Shown in pieces: positions 60,179 through 60,206 of a DNA stretch of 60,206 bases (the first letter of the stretch is position 1; each line of letters opens with the position of its first letter). The position numbers were made by a program, and so were the translations under genes. Location of the stretch: sequence record SRR20825010_118; one strand, given 5' to 3'. Under the pieces are notes generated by a model. The model ran no database searches and was not told the origin of the DNA. It saw only the letters and a program-made list of their open reading frames with translations.

Positions 60179-60206
60179 CCTGAACCCAACAATAGGAATC
60201 GACCCA

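Noticed and set aside
1-60206. Numerous 60-157 aa antisense or overlapping ORFs in the track; CRISPR, tRNA, rRNA, integrase
   Set aside because: The short ORFs are shadows of well-supported genes and carry no motifs. No repeat-spacer array, structural RNA gene or recombinase was recognised by eye.

Overview
A 60 kb, gene-dense segment of a Bacteroidota chromosome, inferred to be Flavobacteriaceae from gene content, TAnnTTTG -7 promoters and A-rich starts without SD sequences. Positions 1-14.3 kb are core envelope/redox genes: OmpA, bshA, a GH3-serine hydrolase fusion, an Fe-S oxidoreductase pair, MlaD, an amidase and an LptD-like protein. The rest looks accessory. It holds (i) a stand-alone DnaE2-like polymerase; (ii) a membrane LytTR regulator plus a Tyr-ligated MauG-like diheme enzyme and a beta-helix/cytochrome c fusion; (iii) ALDH and nhaD; (iv) a 15 kb AraC-centred redox sugar-catabolism locus with two matching 34-bp operators; (v) a DEDDh-GIY-YIG protein whose exonuclease site is eroded; (vi) assorted hydrolases and an SMR transporter; and (vii) a two-component locus. 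In locus (vii), four copies of a TCACA-N6-TGTGA-like box sit at identical spacing from -7 elements. They precede two S41 peptidases, the response regulator and an unannotated 21-aa hydrophobic peptide. I saw no rRNA, tRNA, CRISPR array, transposase or integrase. All product calls come from motif recognition by eye, not database searches.
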